Below are positions 19,104 through 30,042 of a stretch of DNA of 64,000 bases, piece by piece (the first letter of the stretch is position 1; every line of letters starts with the position of its first letter). The translations under genes were made by a program, and so were the position numbers. The DNA comes from a virus (Duplodnaviria; Caudoviricetes). The notes beneath the pieces were generated by a model, which saw only the letters and a program-made list of their open reading frames with translations, was not told the origin of the DNA and did not search any database. The stretch spans positions 2,712 through 66,711 of the IMG/VR virus record IMGVR_UViG_2937460283_000002. The stretch is one strand, 5' to 3'.

Positions 19104-19112
19104 AATTTGTCC

Positions 19113-22100
19113 TTAGTGGCTGGCAATACCCAGCGGCAGTTGTGTGTGGTGGCAAAACACTTTCACCGTGTTGCCGTTTAAATCTGTTTTGGTGTTTTCA
19201 CCGTTAATGATTGGGATGGTTTGGTCGTCGCCCCATGATGCAGGGTCGATAGGAATTAAATATTCAAGTCTGTCTGGTGCATGATGAACACCCACAGTCC
19301 CATTGGCTAAAATCACCCAGTTTGATGCGTTCCAGTTAACATTAGACGATGTTTTACAATACCAATATCGCCCATCCATTGCGGTTGTACCTGCGTCGGG
19401 GTGCACATAGTAAAGAGTTCCCGCAATCATATTTGCGCCTAAGTTCGTATCTCTTATCTGTGTAAACTCAGGTGTACTGTACATCAACTCCGCTCCGTTA
19501 AACTGCAGATACAAAAGACCATTTTTTTCTATTACCGTGCTCAATGTTTTAACCGCACTAGATGGCTCGGTTTGGCTATCTAAATTCAGCGGCGCGTGTT
19601 TGGGTTCATCCCCTAGAGATTGTGTCCACGTCAATTGACCCGTTGGTGCATATCTACTGAGTTTATTAACCGCCACTTCTTCATGTATCAACGCTCCATT
19701 TGAACGTGTACCCACCTTACCTATTAAGCTTGGCTGTAAACGGTTGCCATAGGCAGTTTGGTTTGCTTGCGTAACGTAAATGTTACTTACATCGCCTAGT
19801 ATGCCGAGTTGGCTGGATGCTTCAGTAAACTGTGCAGGCGTTTTATAACTTAACAACGCGACGATATCCGGGTTCCAGCTGCCTGAACTGGTGTTTTTGA
19901 TTTGATCAAAACCTACGTTAGAGTTTGTCCATGTTTGACCTAAGTCTCTCGTATAACTTGCATTTAACACACCATCAGCCATTTTACGGTTTAACGGATA
20001 ACCAGAAGAGTTATCTGGTAGCTTTGGCAACCATTGACCAATCACACCATCAGGGAATGTTGCTGCGATACGTTCAGGGTGGCCGATAATATCAGTCCAA
20101 GGAAGCGAGTCGAATTCGCTGGATAATGGAACCCCTTTAATTACATAAATATCATCTCCAACTTGCCAATCTAAAAGCGTGCTTGAAGTAATTTTCTGAA
20201 AACTATTGTCAAGCAGTGTTCCATGCTTGTCAGAGGTGTAAATATTGCCACTGGGCTCTACATATGCAGCGTAAAGAAGGGTGCCGCGAGTGCTGTTATA
20301 CAAATAGCTGAACTTCCTACATTCAGGCTCTATTTCATAGCCGTTTTGTTGGTCAACGGTACCAAATAGATTGATATAGTATTTACCTGCATAAGTATTT
20401 GCTATTGCTAACTTTTTAGCTTTTACATTAGTAAACACTAGCTTGTTTTTACCACGCAACGTCCCTGCCACGGCTTTACGTATGGTGTCTTCGCGTAGTT
20501 GATTTACATCTAGCTTATTGGCGTTTAAGCGCAAGTCTTCTACTTGGCCTGCGTAGATGGCATCGTGATATTTATATTGGTCAGGGCGGCCTGAGTTATT
20601 GCCAATTGTCCCTAGACCATTGGGGGCCGAAGTTCTTTTCACAAATGCATCCAACGTAGATGTAGCATACATCCCCCAAGATTCATGCGTTCCAGCCGCA
20701 GACCATGGGTAACGATATGCAAGCTCATCACCGCCTTCAGAATTTCTCCCTCCCCACTGAGCAGTACCCATCGGATTGTAAACAGGATGATATGCCCCTT
20801 GGTTTAAGCGTTGAACTAATGCGATTGGGATCGCAAAACACTGACTTTTGTATGCGCATGTTCTATTTTGATTGTTTCTTGGCTGCCAGTGTGAACTATC
20901 TTTATCTGGAAAAAGGTCATAAGGTGATTTGCATACATACCCATTTACATAATCCCCCGATGTAACATTAGATACATCTAAGTTGGTGTCTAGTTGTCCT
21001 CTTGTTATTATACGGCTATTCGCTGCATTATCTGAGCCAAGATAGTGAAAATAACTTACCGTTTGCGGCGCAAGGAACCTATTGTTGTTCCAATTATCAC
21101 CCAACCCTTCAACCACTCTCACACGATACCGCACTTGAATATACGCTTTGGCTTCTGGGTCGTAGTAAATATTATGTTCGGGATTTTTTAAAAACTTAAC
21201 GCGGTTAGCGGCGGAAAGTGTTGACCATTTAACCCCGTACCCTTTGGTATTGGTGTCCCATTCACCGAAGGCAGAATACCCTTGTGCCACTAGGTTATTG
21301 GCAAGACCGATACCCTCGTAATTGCTCGCGCCAAATTGCACATTGCCCAGTGGGTACACCACATCTTTATCGGCAATTTTTTCATGCCATGATTCAAGAA
21401 ATACTAGATCTTTACGAGAGGTGATCACTTGTTCTGTAGCTGGTCGCAAGCATATTGAACTTATAGATACCTTTTGTTGCGCATTGTTGTTTTGCACAAT
21501 GATCCGTGCTTCACCTGAGGCTGGTGCTTTAAATTTAATTTTATGCGTACCCACAGAGTCGATATCTAAGCGCCCCCATGGGTTGGTGAATGATGCTTCG
21601 TTATTGACAGCGACTGAGATATTGCCCGAGTCAATACTGCTAACTGTAACCTCTAAAACATATTCATTATCGTTAACTAAAGGTTCGTTACTTAGACTTA
21701 CTGGCTTGTAATACTGCCCCCCCGTGCCATCATAAGACAACAGGTTATTGCCAATCTTCCAACCTTCAGGCAATACCCACCCTTCGCCAGAGTCAAAACT
21801 GCCACTTTTAATCAACCCAGTAAACGCCTCGACAGCACTGGCATATTGGGTTACTTTTCCCGTTGCAGAATCATAAGTTTTAGTGCCATCAGGAGCGGAG
21901 GGAAATTTTAAGGTTGTTTGTGTTGAACCATGAGCTACACCAAATACATGCTGCAAAGTGCCATCAATAACTACCTTTGGGTAAATGGATTTAGAAGCCC
22001 CATCTATGATATTTGTGGACACTTCCCCCATTATTAAGCCATTTTTAAAGCTCGGACTGAGCCACTGCCACATACCTTCATTGACTTTTTGGTTTGAAGA

Positions 22101-22484
22101 GGCTCGATTATGCTTCCCCCACTCCACAAACCCTGACCCTGCATATTGCTGCTTGCGCATCTCACGCAGCGCATCGAACTGGGCTTTGGTCATGACATCT
22201 GGGTGTGGGTTGATTTTTTGTGTGTCGTTAATTAAATCCGACAGGCTGTCTACTTGATAACTTTGACCGTTTAAATCTTTAAGCGACACTTTGCCGGTTT
22301 TGGTTTGCCAATCGTTAATGGCTTGGTGGTTTGCTTTGATCAAATCATGAGTGCCGTGCATATCGGCTTTTACTTGATCAATTTCATTAATACTATCGGT
22401 TACATCGGTTGCCAGTTTAACACTGGCATCGGTTTGCTCTGTCACCGCTTTTTGTAACAGAGCCAATTGTGCTTCTATGGTCAT
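19113..22484 (-). CDS. Large fibre/receptor-binding protein, paralogue C
   Basis: Shares conserved blocks with 22820..25987 and 51421..54375; N-terminal coiled coil; carbohydrate-binding-like insert. Confidence 0.7.
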   Translation of the reverse strand: MTIEAQLALLQKAVTEQTDASVKLATDVTDSINEIDQVKADMHGTHDLIKANHQAINDWQTKTGKVSLKDLNGQSYQVDSLSDLINDTQKINPHPDVMTKAQFDALREMRKQQYAGSGFVEWGKHNRASSNQKVNEGMWQWLSPSFKNGLIMGEVSTNIIDGASKSIYPKVVIDGTLQHVFGVAHGSTQTTLKFPSAPDGTKTYDSATGKVTQYASAVEAFTGLIKSGSFDSGEGWVLPEGWKIGNNLLSYDGTGGQYYKPVSLSNEPLVNDNEYVLEVTVSSIDSGNISVAVNNEASFTNPWGRLDIDSVGTHKIKFKAPASGEARIIVQNNNAQQKVSISSICLRPATEQVITSRKDLVFLESWHEKIADKDVVYPLGNVQFGASNYEGIGLANNLVAQGYSAFGEWDTNTKGYGVKWSTLSAANRVKFLKNPEHNIYYDPEAKAYIQVRYRVRVVEGLGDNWNNNRFLAPQTVSYFHYLGSDNAANSRIITRGQLDTNLDVSNVTSGDYVNGYVCKSPYDLFPDKDSSHWQPRNNQNRTCAYKSQCFAIPIALVQRLNQGAYHPVYNPMGTAQWGGRNSEGGDELAYRYPWSAAGTHESWGMYATSTLDAFVKRTSAPNGLGTIGNNSGRPDQYKYHDAIYAGQVEDLRLNANKLDVNQLREDTIRKAVAGTLRGKNKLVFTNVKAKKLAIANTYAGKYYINLFGTVDQQNGYEIEPECRKFSYLYNSTRGTLLYAAYVEPSGNIYTSDKHGTLLDNSFQKITSSTLLDWQVGDDIYVIKGVPLSSEFDSLPWTDIIGHPERIAATFPDGVIGQWLPKLPDNSSGYPLNRKMADGVLNASYTRDLGQTWTNSNVGFDQIKNTSSGSWNPDIVALLSYKTPAQFTEASSQLGILGDVSNIYVTQANQTAYGNRLQPSLIGKVGTRSNGALIHEEVAVNKLSRYAPTGQLTWTQSLGDEPKHAPLNLDSQTEPSSAVKTLSTVIEKNGLLYLQFNGAELMYSTPEFTQIRDTNLGANMIAGTLYYVHPDAGTTAMDGRYWYCKTSSNVNWNASNWVILANGTVGVHHAPDRLEYLIPIDPASWGDDQTIPIINGENTKTDLNGNTVKVFCHHTQLPLGIASH

Positions 22485-22567
22485 TTTCCTTTCCTTTACC
22501 TGCATTTAGGGCGCACTTTATTACCCAAGATACGGGTAACGTGCATGTATAAATGAAGGTCCAACGA

Positions 22568-22612
22568 GTAAATAGAAGGCTGAGTTTGGCTTCCAACAGA
22601 CCAAACTCAGCC
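22568..22612 (-). terminator. Leader hairpin/terminator after P4
   Basis: ggctgagtttgg...ccaaactcagcc followed by ttctattt. Confidence 0.6.
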
Positions 22613-22688
22613 CTTGAACAACACGCGAGCGCGTGCCGTGTATTTTTGTGGTGATTGCACACTTGGGTGCTTTTTCCACAATACGCAT

Positions 22689-22731
22689 ACTGTAACCAGA
22701 TTAAGGGCAAAATATCGGTCAACTTTGCCCT
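22689..22731 (-). promoter_or_regulatory. Conserved module promoter P4 (imperfect palindrome)
   Basis: AGGGCAAAGTTGACCG, 21 bp, TACAGT, 5 bp, TATTGT. Confidence 0.6.
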
Positions 22732-22819
22732 ATTAGCGCTCGGTTTACCCCAACGCCTGAATTACAGTCTTGTTTACTCGTTGTTTTAAAAGAAAGTACT
22801 TAGAAGCAATGGTTACCCG

Positions 22820-25800
22820 TTATTGACTGGCAATACCCAATGGCAACTGAGTGTGATGGCAAAAGACTTTCACCGTATTGCCGTTGAGGTCGGTTTTTAT
22901 GTCTTCGCCATTCACGATTGGGATAGTCTGGTCGTCACCCCAGTCTGTTCTATTGTGTTTTAGTTCTGCACCGTGGAATTGTAGGTAATACAAACCATTT
23001 TTCACTGTGAGAGTAGGTAACACTTTGACAGCAGGGGAATTGTTTACCGCATTAAGTTCTATAGGCGCATGGCGCCAGTTTTGGTAAATGGCACCAAATG
23101 ATTCATCACGAGGCTCTGATGATTCATTAAAGGAGTATGAAGTCGTTACAAGGTTATGTACCGCGTTATTTGTATTATTAATACCAATTTGTGACGTTAA
23201 ACTTGGCTGTAAACGGTTACCCAAATGTGTTTCTGAGCTGTTTGTAATGTAACAGTTACCCACATTCCCTATAACCTTCACCAGAGCATTCGCTTCTGTA
23301 CATATTGAAGGTGATTCGTAGTGCATTAACTGAACGCGATTAACTTCACAACCATTTGTAAAGTCGTTACTGACACTATGAAATGTCGATAACGTAACTC
23401 CCCATGATGCACCGTTATCTAACGTGAATACGCCAAACTGCCTGCCAGCGGCCTTTCGATTCGCCGTAAACCGTTCTATTTCTCCAGTTGGTAATTTTGG
23501 TATCCACTGCCCAACCACACCATCAGGGAACGTGGCCGCAATACGCTCTGGGTGGCCGATGATATCAACCCAAGGGAGTGAGTCGAATCCAGCAGATAAC
23601 TTTTTAACTTCTGCAAAGTAGCACACATCACTCATGTTAATGCCCAACGTTGTGGGGATAACATGACCACCTTTTCCTAAATTACTGGGGTTACCTGTTA
23701 ACATCATATGGCTGTTTGCTGTTGAAACTTGACCGTATAACGTCGTATTGGTCGACGGTTGCCACATCATAATGGGCGTGCCGCTTGGGAAGCCATTCGC
23801 GTACAAATCAAGAGATGTACCGTTATTTGGGGAATCTTTAAAAATCGCATTCTGCAAGTTTGAACCAGTGAGATAACCTTTATGTAGCGCCTTAAATTGT
23901 GTAAATAACGGGCCCTCTTTACCCCGCAACGTCCCCGCCACTGCTTTACGCATGGTGTCTTCACGTAGCTGGTTTACATCTAGCTTATTGGCGTTTAAGC
24001 GTAAGTCTTCCACTTGCCCTGCGTAGATGGCGTCGTAATATTTGTATTGATCAGAACGACCACAATACACCGAACCATTCTCAATATATGAAAAACCATG
24101 TTCTCCTTTATTCCCTCCACCATTATTCGCCTGACTATCGAAACAATCATACACCGAACGGATCTCAGTAAGCTGGTCGTGAGTTTGATACCACGTATAA
24201 TAGTACCCGCCGCTGATCCTTCTTCTACCAGTACCCATCGGGTTATAACTTGGATGATAAGCCCCTTGATTTAAGCGTTGGACTAAAGCTATCGGGATTG
24301 CAAAGCATTGGCCTTGGTGAGCAAAATCAGTGCGACTTCCTACCGAACCATCTTTTGAAGCCGCATATAAACCTAACTGAGGCTCGATGTTCATCTGAGC
24401 ATGATATCTATATGGTAAATAGTTTCCTTGTTCAGAGTAATTCATATAGTTTTTAGGACTAATTAAACTAGCACCTTGGGGCGGAACTTGGAAACGAGTA
24501 TTTACATTGTCATATCTACCTCCAAGACCTCTTGTATCTGCATTATTAGATACAAAACTCCCATGTCCGTCACCCAACCCTTCAACCACTCTCACTCGAT
24601 ACCGCACTTGGATATACGCTTTGGCTTCTGGGTCGTAGTAAATATTATGCTCGGGATTTTTTAAAAATTTCACGCGGTTGGCGGCTGATAGCGTGGACCA
24701 TTTAACCCCGTACCCTTTAGTATTGGTGTCCCATTCACCGAAGGCTGAGTAACCTTGGCCGACTAAGTTATTAGCAAGGCCAATGCCCTCGTAAGTGCTT
24801 GCACCGAATTGCACATTCCCTAAGGGGTACACCACATCTTTATCGGCAATTTTTTCATGCCACGACTCTAGAAATACTAGATCTTTACGAGAGGTGATCA
24901 CCTGCTCAGTCGACTTCTGAATCGACACCTGATTATATCGCGCCAAGCCATTATCACCCGCATATAAAATTATGTAATACGCGCCACCCTCAGGCCCAGT
25001 TGTAAACTCAAGTTCAAAGTAACCTGAATCACCGTTGGTGTGTGCAACAAAGCTAAACCTCTCAGTGCCCGCATTATTTACGATAAAGTTAATACCGTCG
25101 ACGCCACCTGAGCGTTGATACTCAGCTAAATAATATGTCGCTTTGTATGTTGTGTTTGGCTCTAAAGTAAAGTTTTGTTTTGCATAATTAACTCGCTCTT
25201 CTCCCCCTGTTCCATCATCAATTATCGTCAATTGTTTATTCAAGATAGAAGCGCTACCTCGTGATGGGTTTGCAAACATATGCCAAGGTTTTTCAGGCTC
25301 TGGGTAAACCGGCAAATCATAATCTACACTGAAGGCAGCCTGTTTGATTACGCCGCCAAAAGCAGGCTCAGCATTGCCATGCTCGGTTACCTTGCCCGTT
25401 GCAGAGTCATAAGTTTTAGTGCCATCGGGGGCTGGGGGGAATTTACAGCTTACGATACCGTATGGATAATCCACCGACTGAAGCTCATGAGATACGCCAT
25501 CAACCACCACTTTTGAAAATGGGCTAGATGACTTATCTTCACCAACCCAACCACTTGTTTTACCTGAACGTCCCAAATTCAATTTGTTCTGATATGCCCA
25601 CATACCATTATTGACTGCATTATTAGTCAAATCTCCGTAACCCCACTCCACAAACCCACTTCCTGCATATTGTTGCTTACGCATTTGGCGTAGCGCATCA
25701 AACTGGGCTTTGGTCATCACCTCTGGATGAGGATTGATTTTTTGTGTTTCATTGATAAGCGTTGCAAGCGTATCAACTTGGTATTCTGCATCGTTTAGGT

Positions 25801-25987
25801 CTTTAAACGTGACTTTGCCGGTTTTGGTTTGCCAATTGCGGGCGGCTTGGTGGTTTTGCTTGGCAAGCGCGTGTACTTTGTCTATTTCTTGCCAAGAGTC
25901 TTCAATGGCGGTTTTTAGGTTTGATACTTCGTTGGTTTGCTCAGTAACAATGGCATTAATTTCAGTTAGTTTTAAATCTATACTCAT
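22820..25987 (-). CDS. Large fibre/receptor-binding protein, paralogue B (cassette 4)
   Basis: MTKAQFDALR..RKQQYAGSGFVEWG, RKDLVFLESWHEK and KVFCHHTQLPLGIA blocks; follows a collar adaptor. Confidence 0.7.
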   Translation of the reverse strand: MSIDLKLTEINAIVTEQTNEVSNLKTAIEDSWQEIDKVHALAKQNHQAARNWQTKTGKVTFKDLNDAEYQVDTLATLINETQKINPHPEVMTKAQFDALRQMRKQQYAGSGFVEWGYGDLTNNAVNNGMWAYQNKLNLGRSGKTSGWVGEDKSSSPFSKVVVDGVSHELQSVDYPYGIVSCKFPPAPDGTKTYDSATGKVTEHGNAEPAFGGVIKQAAFSVDYDLPVYPEPEKPWHMFANPSRGSASILNKQLTIIDDGTGGEERVNYAKQNFTLEPNTTYKATYYLAEYQRSGGVDGINFIVNNAGTERFSFVAHTNGDSGYFELEFTTGPEGGAYYIILYAGDNGLARYNQVSIQKSTEQVITSRKDLVFLESWHEKIADKDVVYPLGNVQFGASTYEGIGLANNLVGQGYSAFGEWDTNTKGYGVKWSTLSAANRVKFLKNPEHNIYYDPEAKAYIQVRYRVRVVEGLGDGHGSFVSNNADTRGLGGRYDNVNTRFQVPPQGASLISPKNYMNYSEQGNYLPYRYHAQMNIEPQLGLYAASKDGSVGSRTDFAHQGQCFAIPIALVQRLNQGAYHPSYNPMGTGRRRISGGYYYTWYQTHDQLTEIRSVYDCFDSQANNGGGNKGEHGFSYIENGSVYCGRSDQYKYYDAIYAGQVEDLRLNANKLDVNQLREDTMRKAVAGTLRGKEGPLFTQFKALHKGYLTGSNLQNAIFKDSPNNGTSLDLYANGFPSGTPIMMWQPSTNTTLYGQVSTANSHMMLTGNPSNLGKGGHVIPTTLGINMSDVCYFAEVKKLSAGFDSLPWVDIIGHPERIAATFPDGVVGQWIPKLPTGEIERFTANRKAAGRQFGVFTLDNGASWGVTLSTFHSVSNDFTNGCEVNRVQLMHYESPSICTEANALVKVIGNVGNCYITNSSETHLGNRLQPSLTSQIGINNTNNAVHNLVTTSYSFNESSEPRDESFGAIYQNWRHAPIELNAVNNSPAVKVLPTLTVKNGLYYLQFHGAELKHNRTDWGDDQTIPIVNGEDIKTDLNGNTVKVFCHHTQLPLGIASQ

Positions 25988-25996
25988 GGTGATTCC

Positions 25997-26560
25997 TTAC
26001 AATCCGGCGTTTCTTAACCGTTTGTTCAGTAAAAAGTTTTGGTGAATTTGCTTGGTCAAGTTTTTACTTTGCAAGACTTGCGCGTAAGTCATGGTGAGCA
26101 GTTCTTCGGTTAAAAACACATTGGCGTTGTTAACCCCAACCGTACAGGTAATGTTGTCGTTCGGCAGTGCCGATACGCTGAGGTTAAACACCTCGAGCCA
26201 CGCGGCATCAGCTGATTTATAGTTCAACTGCTTATTGGGCACACTGTATACAGCCACTAAGGTTTGCTCAGTTGACCAAATACCAATTTCTTTTACTGGG
26301 TATTCTTGTGGGCCATCAAATAAGGCACTAAAGCGCAGCTGTTTGCCAAACTGGTCGTCGTCAATAATTTCAGCACCACCAATGGGGACTATTTGTAGCT
26401 GGTTGCGAAGTGCGGTTTGTGTGTTGCTAGGAGCATAGGCTTGATCTCCCGCCGACACATGGGTGATCGCCATACTAATGCCCTGCTGAGAGGCGCTAAG
26501 CAGTTTGCTCAAGCCTTGCTCAGTCCACACGATAGGCGTAAATGTGCTTGGGTCGCTCAT
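25997..26560 (-). CDS. Tail-collar fibre adaptor, cassette 4
   Basis: WTEQGLSKLL...ITHVSAGDQAYAP...VKEIGIW. Confidence 0.8.
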   Translation of the reverse strand: MSDPSTFTPIVWTEQGLSKLLSASQQGISMAITHVSAGDQAYAPSNTQTALRNQLQIVPIGGAEIIDDDQFGKQLRFSALFDGPQEYPVKEIGIWSTEQTLVAVYSVPNKQLNYKSADAAWLEVFNLSVSALPNDNITCTVGVNNANVFLTEELLTMTYAQVLQSKNLTKQIHQNFLLNKRLRNAGL

Positions 26561-26654
26561 GTTGGTTTCCAATGGATATTACAATGTGAAAAGGTAAGAA
26601 GGCGCGAACGCGCCAAAGGTTAATCGCCTGCGAATGTAGCCGAATGGCTTAGCG

Positions 26655-27593
26655 CTACTCGTTTGGCACTTTAGCTGTTAGGTTTAACGTGCCGTAGTTC
26701 ATTCGTCCGGTGCTTGCGCCCGAGAAGCTTAATGGTGCCACATTAGTGATGCGCTTATAGTTCATTTGCACGCTACATAATTGCTGTGATTGCCAATTGG
26801 CGTTTTGCCAACGGTCATGCCATGGACCTAACCACACCCGTTGTGCAAGGGTACGTTGTTGACTAAATAAACGACTCCGCACAATGATGTTAGGCAGATG
26901 CGATGGCTGGTTGGTGGTTAAGCAGTAGCGACCGGTCTCTTGAACATCTAAATGCTCACTTATTTGACTGCGTTTGCGCTGGTGAGCAAAGCTAATTTGC
27001 TCAACGCTTGCATCCACAAAGTGTTTTTGAGTTCGGCCAAAACTGGCTTTAACCAAGCCTTTGCCTTGATGCTTAAACATCACACCAGAGTAATCACTAA
27101 GCACATGACCAAACGCACACCCTTGGCTTGATAACGTTTGCTTGCGAATATCATAGCCATGATATACCCGCGTCAGTTCGCTGCTCACCGGCGCCGATAG
27201 CTGCGCTAAATTAACTACTTTGGTTAAGCGCTCATCACCGGGCACCGTGCCTGCATCAAGTTGATAGGTATAGTAATGCAGCCCCGGCGGGGTATTTTCT
27301 ATTTGCGCGTTATTGAGTTCGAGCCAACCAAGGGCGGTGGTTAAACTTTTTGGTGTACCACGTATACGTTGCCATGCAAGCCCGTCTTTTAGGGTTTTGC
27401 GCACGTCTTGGCTATAAGGCAAAATGCTTTCTAAACCATACTCCCACACCAGCCACATAAGTTGCGCGTCGTGCGGATTGGCTTTCATATTGGTTAGGTT
27501 AGCAATTGCGCCATCAAACAATGTTGCTTGATCCTGACTTTGCAAGCCTTTGAGCTGCAGCGGGCTATGATTAGGGGGTAAAAGTTGTTGCAT
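26655..27593 (-). CDS. gpI-like tail protein (divergent type), cassette 4
   Basis: QLLPPNHSPL...WLVWEYGL...WQRIRGTPKSL...RVYHGYDIR; lies between gpJ and collar genes. Confidence 0.8.
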   Translation of the reverse strand: MQQLLPPNHSPLQLKGLQSQDQATLFDGAIANLTNMKANPHDAQLMWLVWEYGLESILPYSQDVRKTLKDGLAWQRIRGTPKSLTTALGWLELNNAQIENTPPGLHYYTYQLDAGTVPGDERLTKVVNLAQLSAPVSSELTRVYHGYDIRKQTLSSQGCAFGHVLSDYSGVMFKHQGKGLVKASFGRTQKHFVDASVEQISFAHQRKRSQISEHLDVQETGRYCLTTNQPSHLPNIIVRSRLFSQQRTLAQRVWLGPWHDRWQNANWQSQQLCSVQMNYKRITNVAPLSFSGASTGRMNYGTLNLTAKVPNE

Positions 27594-27595
27594 TG

Positions 27596-28480
27596 TTACC
27601 TCACGCACAGTGTGAGTTTAATATCGCCCGGTACGGCACATTGCTCTGGCGTGATGTTAATTAACCCATCCGGCTTTTTAATTTCGACCTGACTTATCCC
27701 GCTTTTGTGCAGTTGTGCGCTTATCCAGCTCGGAGCTAAGTCCCAATCAAGCTTTGCCTCATTGCGCCATGCATCACGTAACAGCTGCTCTAGCTCGTTA
27801 AACACCTCTGCAGAAGTATTAGGCTGTAAATATATGTCAGCCTCAATATCAACCATTTTCATATCAGCAGGCTGCACAGTAACCGAATCGGTGAGCATTT
27901 TAACGCCATCGTCCAATACTTTGTCTTTAACACGTTCAACCGTGGTTTTGCTTGGTGGTGCATCTTGCGGTTGTGGCGTCTCACCAAGGGTTGTATCATC
28001 CAGCGCTTGTTTGGCGAGCACAGTAACAATCACTTTACCGCCTTCTTTGCTTATTACCGACACATCGGCAATCTCACTAGGTGCGGCATTAATGGCATGA
28101 TTACGATAGTGCTCGGCACTGCCTGCGGTGCTTGATGCAATGGTATTGTTGCGAATGCGCTGACGATAGTCATCATCTTGCTCATTGGTTACGCGCTCAA
28201 CACCATAGAAGGCACCAAGGTGTTCTAAATCAGCCCCTTTAGCAAAGGCCAATAAATTGGATTGCGCCGCTTGGTTTATGCGCTGGCGCAGTAGTAGTTC
28301 TTGATAGCTTTCTACCTGAAGCCACACAGTTAACGGGTCGCTCTCAAGTTCAAGCGCCTGCGCATAGTCTGGCGCAAGCTCTATAAAGCGCGCCTTACGC
28401 GCTTTATAGATGGCTTCAAATGAGAGTGATTCGATAATGTTGGGATCAGGGAGTTTGCTTAAATCGATATAACTGGTCAT
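27596..28480 (-). CDS. Baseplate wedge gpJ-like, cassette 4
   Basis: IDLSKLPDPNIIESLSFE...LESDP...STAGSAEHY...VKMLTDSV. Confidence 0.92.
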   Translation of the reverse strand: MTSYIDLSKLPDPNIIESLSFEAIYKARKARFIELAPDYAQALELESDPLTVWLQVESYQELLLRQRINQAAQSNLLAFAKGADLEHLGAFYGVERVTNEQDDDYRQRIRNNTIASSTAGSAEHYRNHAINAAPSEIADVSVISKEGGKVIVTVLAKQALDDTTLGETPQPQDAPPSKTTVERVKDKVLDDGVKMLTDSVTVQPADMKMVDIEADIYLQPNTSAEVFNELEQLLRDAWRNEAKLDWDLAPSWISAQLHKSGISQVEIKKPDGLINITPEQCAVPGDIKLTLCVR

Positions 28481-28554
28481 CGATTTGACTCCTTGAAAAG
28501 GTAATCGAGACTTAAACAACTAAGTCTTAGAGGACGTTTTGATACTTAGATTAA

Positions 28555-29073
28555 CTAAATAACTGAAAAGCGATATTCGCCCATCTCAAAAGGCATATCA
28601 GGAAAGTCAGTGTTAAACAGTTCTTGGTTAACTATCCAAATACCGTTTGTTTCAAACTTCAATGGCATGGTTAATTGACCGTTTACCACTTGAGCTGGCA
28701 TTAACTGAATACGCCCCGTATCGATGCGCTTGAACGGCACCTTAAATTTACGGTCAGGTATAGCCAGTTGCCCCGTTGCTATTACATCGTTTGATTGTTG
28801 GGGCACAGTAAATTCATTGTCATGGTTCACATAGCCATCTAACTGACCTGATACATTATCAATAACCACGCATTTCAATGCGTTTTCGTCATTGCGTTGC
28901 GTTAAAAATATATCAACATCAAAATCACTAACCAGTTGCTTATTACCTACGTAATCAGCAAATAAATAGGATTGTTCATCGATAGAAACAATTTCTTGCT
29001 GCTTAAACTGGACAGGGTCGTCCTGTAATTGCTCTTCAATACTGCCGCTATTAACTTTTATTAATACGCGCAT
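28555..29073 (-). CDS. Hypothetical fibre-associated protein
   Basis: C-terminus similar to 11986..12513 (F.VP..R...GR.......V.NGQ......F.T.G...V). Confidence 0.55.
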   Translation of the reverse strand: MRVLIKVNSGSIEEQLQDDPVQFKQQEIVSIDEQSYLFADYVGNKQLVSDFDVDIFLTQRNDENALKCVVIDNVSGQLDGYVNHDNEFTVPQQSNDVIATGQLAIPDRKFKVPFKRIDTGRIQLMPAQVVNGQLTMPLKFETNGIWIVNQELFNTDFPDMPFEMGEYRFSVI

Positions 29074-30042
29074 TTAAACTCCTAATCTCGCACCTGAAAA
29101 CGCATAAATACAATCACTCGCCCAACACTCAAGCGCGCTTCTTGTAAAATAGATTCTGCGATTATCGGTAACACTCCAAATTGAATAACGTTTTTTACTA
29201 CCAATAGACATAAACAAATCTTTGGATATTTGAACCAGCGGACCTGAAAAAGAGTTAAACGACAGGTTGTGAGTTGTACGAACTATACATTTGCTAGATT
29301 CACCATTCGTAGTATTAAAATTACGATTTACTGAGAAAGGGATGCTACAAACATCATATGAGAATCGCGCATCGCCCCCTGAACTTCCTACAAAAGAAGG
29401 CCCAAGCGTGACTGAACCGTTAAATAATGACACACCCTCTAAGTATACTGGACTGTTGTTATTTCTGCTGTGCGATAATGGCCCTATATAATTAGTATAT
29501 AGACGAGACTGAAATTTCATCGTATCAAAATCGATACTATATGTTGCAAATTCATGTGTACAGAACAGCGTATTATTTTCCAATATACCCAATGAAATTT
29601 GCACGACTGACAGTGTATCGCTACTCAGCACATACGTTCGATCATTCAAATTTACGCGGAGCAACCTGAAATGACTATTGCCATTTTCATGTAATGCCGT
29701 GATCAAATATGATACGCCATTTTTATTGTAAATCAGGTTAGGGAATTTAAAATCATCTAAATCTGTATAATAGAAACGATAGCTAGACAAATAATCTCGC
29801 ACATTCCATGTCCATTGCGCAATATTATCACTGTTAAAGTACGTTATGTTTGTCGCGCTGATAACTAGATAACCACCATTTAGATCATGCTCGTTCGGTA
29901 TCGCCATATCTAGCGCTACATCTAGACTACTGAGTGGGTTTCTAAATGTTGATTCAGGCCATGGAAGCAACTGAGAAGCTGCATTTGGAAATTCACCGTT
30001 TACAAAATTGTTTGATGCTATTTTATCTGTCAGTACAGTCAT
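29074..30042 (-). CDS. Hypothetical AT-rich protein, possible distal receptor-binding subunit
   Basis: Visibly AT-rich, beta/aromatic-rich ORF after two Mtd_N-like genes. Confidence 0.45.
   Translation of the reverse strand: MTVLTDKIASNNFVNGEFPNAASQLLPWPESTFRNPLSSLDVALDMAIPNEHDLNGGYLVISATNITYFNSDNIAQWTWNVRDYLSSYRFYYTDLDDFKFPNLIYNKNGVSYLITALHENGNSHFRLLRVNLNDRTYVLSSDTLSVVQISLGILENNTLFCTHEFATYSIDFDTMKFQSRLYTNYIGPLSHSRNNNSPVYLEGVSLFNGSVTLGPSFVGSSGGDARFSYDVCSIPFSVNRNFNTTNGESSKCIVRTTHNLSFNSFSGPLVQISKDLFMSIGSKKRYSIWSVTDNRRIYFTRSALECWASDCIYAFSGARLGV

Noticed and set aside
22417-22722. 101-aa minus-strand ORF between fibre paralogues
   Set aside because: It overlaps promoter P4, its leader hairpin and the start of the next gene, with no recognisable protein features.
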